In this document: one piece after another, positions 60,111 to 64,000 of the stretch
Numbering within the stretch: the stretch's first letter is position 1
Layout of the letters: each line of letters begins with the position of its first letter
From: Candidatus Babeliales bacterium
GTDB lineage: Bacteria > Babelota > Babeliae > Babelales > Vermiphilaceae
Assembly (NCBI GenBank): GCA_963743635.1
Contig: CAVUQO010000003.1
Location: 96,001 to 160,000 of the forward strand
Direction of reading: 5' to 3'
Length of the DNA stretch: 64,000 bases
The notes under the pieces: model-generated
What the model was told of the DNA's origin: nothing
What the model saw: only the letters and a program-made list of their open reading frames with translations
Database searches by the model: none
Made by a program: the position numbers and the translations under genes

Positions 60111-61025
60111 TTACTTCAACAATGATGCGGCAAAATGTACCGTTTGTGTGCCAGTGCTAAAGGAGATGCTAAGGGCTGTGGGACTTACTGAAGCTAATGT
60201 GACGGTAGATGATCCCGATGAACGGAAGCCGGTCGCTTGCACCGATGGTGTGGCTGGAAAAGAGGGAGTAAAATTAACGGTGATTACAGAGCCAGAGACC
60301 GTATATATATATCCCGGTCCGCTACCTGATCCTGAGGTGGGAACATCTCCTTCTACGATACGCGCTTGCGTAGTGCCTGTTGGAAATAAGATTGGTATAT
60401 TGCTGGTAATATTTATTGTGTTGCTTGCTAAGATGCCGTAATCGTCGTAGTAGTAGTCGTGGTTGGGGTCAAGCAACTCTATTAAAAAAGTATGCGATCC
60501 ATTTGTAGCATTGAGTATGTATGAATATTGCCAATTACCATTGTTATTCGTAGTGGTGCTTGCTACAAACGTGCCATCACATGAAATATTTATGGTTGCA
60601 TTAGCGAGCGATGCGGTTCCAGATAGTATAATTGGATTTATAAAAACAGTACTTCCCTGCGCTGGTGTATTGGTATTGAGGAAGGTTCCATTATCTACCG
60701 TAAATGTAGTGGTCTCCAGCGCGAGAGTTGCCAAATATGGCGTGATGAGCGATGCGGATAGGGTGTAGGTTCCATTGCAAAGAGGATATGATGATCTCCA
60801 ATTCCCGAACATATCAGTATATGTAGAGGTTATTTGGGCACCATTTAAAAAAATACCGATCTCCATATTTGGTTGTGATGAGGTGCCGTAGAAAATCGTT
60901 GGGTTTCCATTAACGCTTCCATAACCACTTTCTATAGGATCATTAATAGTAACAAAATCGGCAGCATTGGGTGTTACAGTGGAAAAAAACAAGATGATGG
61001 GTAATATGAATATCATTTTTTTCAT
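60111..61025 (-). CDS. Secreted protein with two bacterial Ig-like repeats and a beta-rich C-terminal domain
   Basis: Two GT......I...G......T...GNW....L..G.(Y/H)T units. Confidence 0.7.
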   Translation of the reverse strand: MKKMIFILPIILFFSTVTPNAADFVTINDPIESGYGSVNGNPTIFYGTSSQPNMEIGIFLNGAQITSTYTDMFGNWRSSYPLCNGTYTLSASLITPYLATLALETTTFTVDNGTFLNTNTPAQGSTVFINPIILSGTASLANATINISCDGTFVASTTTNNNGNWQYSYILNATNGSHTFLIELLDPNHDYYYDDYGILASNTINITSNIPILFPTGTTQARIVEGDVPTSGSGSGPGYIYTVSGSVITVNFTPSFPATPSVQATGFRSSGSSTVTLASVSPTALSISFSTGTQTVHFAASLLK

Positions 61026-61118
61026 AGGACTCCTTTTGTGTTCTTAAAATTTTAACAATACACAACATATTAGATGATTGTTTTTCAATCTAACAAGTCA
61101 AGGCATTAATTTCTATAA

Positions 61119-61252
61119 ATAACGCGAACTCGATTTAAGGCGTTCATATTTAGTGATGTATTCATCTCAAGGCATAGACGGACGGAAGCCCGTCCTTCGT
61201 CAGGCTTCCGACTTCGCTAAAGCTTCGACGGACAGGCAGGACGATCGGGGCA
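61119..61252. repeat. Terminal-repeat motif ATAACGCGAACTCGAT followed by nested palindromes
   Basis: Same motif as the valS-ybeY element ends; reverse copies at about 36185 and 58223. Confidence 0.6.
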
Positions 61253-61344
61253 AATCCTATTGTCGTGTCGTGCAGAATTTGGTATGAACAATGCAGTGAT
61301 AAACCGAGAAATATAAATATCTAAAAAAGGTAAAGATCTCTAAC

Positions 61345-62538
61345 ATGCTCAAAAAAATAATACTGCTGTGTCTCGTGATAACCTCAGTCTATACCATCAA
61401 TGCATACGATATTGTGACTGTCGTATTGATGGTGAAAAATGAAGAAAGCGTGATTGCTAAAACATTAGAACCATACGTAAAGGCGGGCATTACCTCATAC
61501 TTAATATTTGATACTGGATCTACTGATGACACTATTTCTAATGCCAAAACATTCTTCAAGCTTCATGGTATTGAGCATTACCTCATTCTTCAAGAGCCCT
61601 TTATTGATTTTGCAACCTCGCGAAATCGGGCCCTTGATTTAGCGGACGAACACTTTCCCGATTCTTGCTTTCTCCTGATGCCCGATGCAGAGTGGTACAT
61701 GCATAATGTTGAAGGGTTGCTTAATTTTTGTGTTGAACAATGCGATAAAAATACCCCGTGTTATTTGGTGCGCATTATGAATGAAACCGTTGATTTTTCT
61801 GTACCGCGGCTCATCCGAGCGCGCGCTCATGCACGCTTCGCGGGAGCAGTGCATGAAAGTATTCCCGTAGAATCTACTGCAAAAGTACCGAGTAATGTGT
61901 ATTTTGAACTTGGAGCAAGCAGGCAAGGTATGGAAAAATCGCGCAAACGATGGGAACGAGATCTTGCTATACTCTTGAAAGAATATGAAAAAAATCCAAA
62001 TCATTCACGCACTACCTTTTACTTAGCGCAAACCTATGAATGCTTGGGAGATCTTAAAAATGCCCATCATTACTATACACTTCGCTCGGCGCTCAAGGGT
62101 TGGCTCGAGGAAGATTATGAAACCTTCTATCGACTCGGCTATATCACTGAGCGATTATCTCAAACTGATCCTGATTATACCTGGCATATGGCCTACGATT
62201 ATTATACTAAGGCACATGATATGCTACCAAGTCGCGCAGAGCCGCTGGTGCGTATTGCTAATCATTATTGGCCAGATGGCGGCGCGCCGTTAAATATTGC
62301 GTTGTGTTATATCTTTGCAAAGCGTGCCTGTGAAATAGACTATCCAGAAAATGCATTCTTGTTCGTAGACCCCAATACGTATACGTTTCAGCGATACGAA
62401 CTTTTAAGCAAATCAGCCTGGCATATCGGTGATTTTGAAAATGGCGAAATCGCCACAAGAAATGCATTGAAAAAAAAGGAGTTGCCATATCTTCTGAAGA
62501 ATCTTGCCTATTATCTTGAGCGTCGTGCTGCAGGATAA
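61345..62538 (+). CDS. GT2 glycosyltransferase with C-terminal TPR-like helices
   Basis: MVKNE, DTGSTD, DFA..RN.AL, DAEW, G.VHE, R..FYLAQTY; signal peptide. Confidence 0.85.
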   Translation: MLKKIILLCLVITSVYTINAYDIVTVVLMVKNEESVIAKTLEPYVKAGITSYLIFDTGSTDDTISNAKTFFKLHGIEHYLILQEPFIDFATSRNRALDLADEHFPDSCFLLMPDAEWYMHNVEGLLNFCVEQCDKNTPCYLVRIMNETVDFSVPRLIRARAHARFAGAVHESIPVESTAKVPSNVYFELGASRQGMEKSRKRWERDLAILLKEYEKNPNHSRTTFYLAQTYECLGDLKNAHHYYTLRSALKGWLEEDYETFYRLGYITERLSQTDPDYTWHMAYDYYTKAHDMLPSRAEPLVRIANHYWPDGGAPLNIALCYIFAKRACEIDYPENAFLFVDPNTYTFQRYELLSKSAWHIGDFENGEIATRNALKKKELPYLLKNLAYYLERRAAG

Positions 62539-62543
62539 TTACT

Positions 62544-63731
62544 ATGATGAAAAAGCTACTACTCATCTACCTTATTTTGATTGCCCACTCTCTTTGCGCA
62601 TATCAAGATGTTGTCGTTATAGTTTTAATGGTTAAAGATGAAGAAGCTTTTATGGCTAAAACATTAGAGCCATTTGTTCAAGCGGGGCTCCACTCATTTG
62701 TAATCTTTGATACCGGCTCAACGGATAATACCATTGCGGTAACTGAAGACTTTTTCAAAAGTCACCATGTTGCGCATTATGTGATTACACAAGAACCATT
62801 TATTGATTTTGCAACATCAAGAAATCGCGCGCTTGATTTTGCAGAGGAGCAGTTTCCTGATTCTCCCTTTTTTCTCATGATCGATGCCGAATGGTATATG
62901 CATAATGTAAAAGGCTTGATCGATTTTTGTGTGCAGAATCTTGAAAATCCTATTCCTGCTTACCTGATAAGAATTGTTAATCCAATTATTAGTTTCACGG
63001 TGCCGCGGCTCGTAAGAGGCAAAAGCGGAAAACGTTTTATTGGCGTTGTTCATGAAAACATTCCATTGGATATTGATGCAAGAGTGCCGAATGATACGTA
63101 TTTTGAGCTTGGAGTGAGTCGATATGGGCATGAGAAATCTAAAAAGCGATGGGAGCGAGATATCAATCTCCTTTTGAAAGAACATGAAAAAAAACCGCAT
63201 GATTCGCGAACAACCTTTTATTTAGCGCAAACATATGAATGTTTAGGTGATGCCTATAATGCCTATCGCTACTATACAATAAGAGCAGGGCAAGTGGGGT
63301 GGCCTGAAGAGGATTATGAAACATTGTATCGACTTGGTTATATAGCCGAATTCCTTTCTTTCACCGATAAAAGTTATACGTGGGATATGGCGTTTAGTTA
63401 TTATTCTATAGCACATAAGATATTGCCACATCGTGCAGAACCGCTCATACGCATCGCAGAACATTATTGGTCAGACGCTGGATCCAACATTCCATTATGT
63501 TATTTATTTGCAAAACGGGCATGTGAATTGCCATATCCAGAGCATGATTACTTATTTATAAATCCCTATTTCTATAACTTTAAGCGCTATGAAGTGTTGA
63601 GCAATGCCGCTTTAAGCATGCAGGATTGGCAAATTGGTGAAGCGGCAACAAGGCACGCTCTTTCTGTTGCCGATCTGCCGCATTTGCGCGCTAATCTTGC
63701 GGCATATGAGCAGCGGCAAGTTAAATCTTAG
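62544..63731 (+). CDS. GT2 glycosyltransferase with TPR-like helices, tandem paralog
   Basis: Same motifs, collinear with the preceding gene. Confidence 0.85.
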   Translation: MMKKLLLIYLILIAHSLCAYQDVVVIVLMVKDEEAFMAKTLEPFVQAGLHSFVIFDTGSTDNTIAVTEDFFKSHHVAHYVITQEPFIDFATSRNRALDFAEEQFPDSPFFLMIDAEWYMHNVKGLIDFCVQNLENPIPAYLIRIVNPIISFTVPRLVRGKSGKRFIGVVHENIPLDIDARVPNDTYFELGVSRYGHEKSKKRWERDINLLLKEHEKKPHDSRTTFYLAQTYECLGDAYNAYRYYTIRAGQVGWPEEDYETLYRLGYIAEFLSFTDKSYTWDMAFSYYSIAHKILPHRAEPLIRIAEHYWSDAGSNIPLCYLFAKRACELPYPEHDYLFINPYFYNFKRYEVLSNAALSMQDWQIGEAATRHALSVADLPHLRANLAAYEQRQVKS

Positions 63732-63733
63732 GA

Positions 63734-64000
63734 TTAATACATTTCTACGGTTGCAATAGCGCCTATTACTCCCGTTCCGCCCGCTATAGCCATATTAATC
63801 AGATCGCCTCCGTTGCAGCTGACAACGTTAGTATTGTTTTGGGCAAAGCCGGCAGTTCCGAGTGTAGTAGTGAGGGATGTAGCGGCGCCATTTTTATATA
63901 CAGTAAAAGTAGGACCCGTAGCGGAAACAATAGAAGTAGCTACCAAGTTTTTAAGTACGAGCGGATGAGGAGCTGTGATGGCGACACCAGTGTAGCTCGC
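63734..64000 (-). CDS. C-terminal part of a beta-rich surface protein (truncated by window edge)
   Basis: Frame open to the edge; FTVYKNG..T.L...GDLI pattern. Confidence 0.55.
   Translation of the reverse strand, partial: ASYTGVAITAPHPLVLKNLVATSIVSATGPTFTVYKNGAATSLTTTLGTAGFAQNNTNVVSCNGGDLINMAIAGGTGVIGAIATVEMY

Overview
A 64-kb AT-rich bacterial chromosome segment, most likely from an intracellular parasite of protists. The ATP/ADP-translocase-family gene, type-2 ValRS and many orphan secreted proteins fit Candidatus Dependentiae/Babelota; this is an inference and was not verified. Housekeeping genes (ABC importer, photolyase, gatB, Rne/Rng, Pal, mnmE, jag, tRNA-Gly, ruvA, ybeY, valS, tyrS, alr) alternate with accessory blocks. 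The main observations are: (1) a 32.2-39.7 kb array of secreted beta-propeller proteins joined by a conserved junction (CaaX tail, terminator, promoter/RBS, signal peptide), led by a Skp1-like/propeller/CaaX fusion, with one paralog whose CaaX Cys codon is TGA; (2) 15 secreted orphans whose predicted signal-peptide cleavage exposes a new Met, mostly M-D/E/N/Q; (3) a 44-64 kb surface island with a Gly-X-Thr collagen, four signal-peptide-bearing glycosyltransferases (one COLGALT1-like), propellers sharing a C-terminal domain, and putative outer-membrane barrels; (4) a roughly 430-nt structured leader before the nucleotide translocase; (5) many palindromic REP/MITE-like elements, one inserted exactly in the valS-ybeY ATGA overlap. 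No CRISPR, rRNA, integrase, transposase or reverse transcriptase was seen. All family calls are by eye from motifs; no database search was run.
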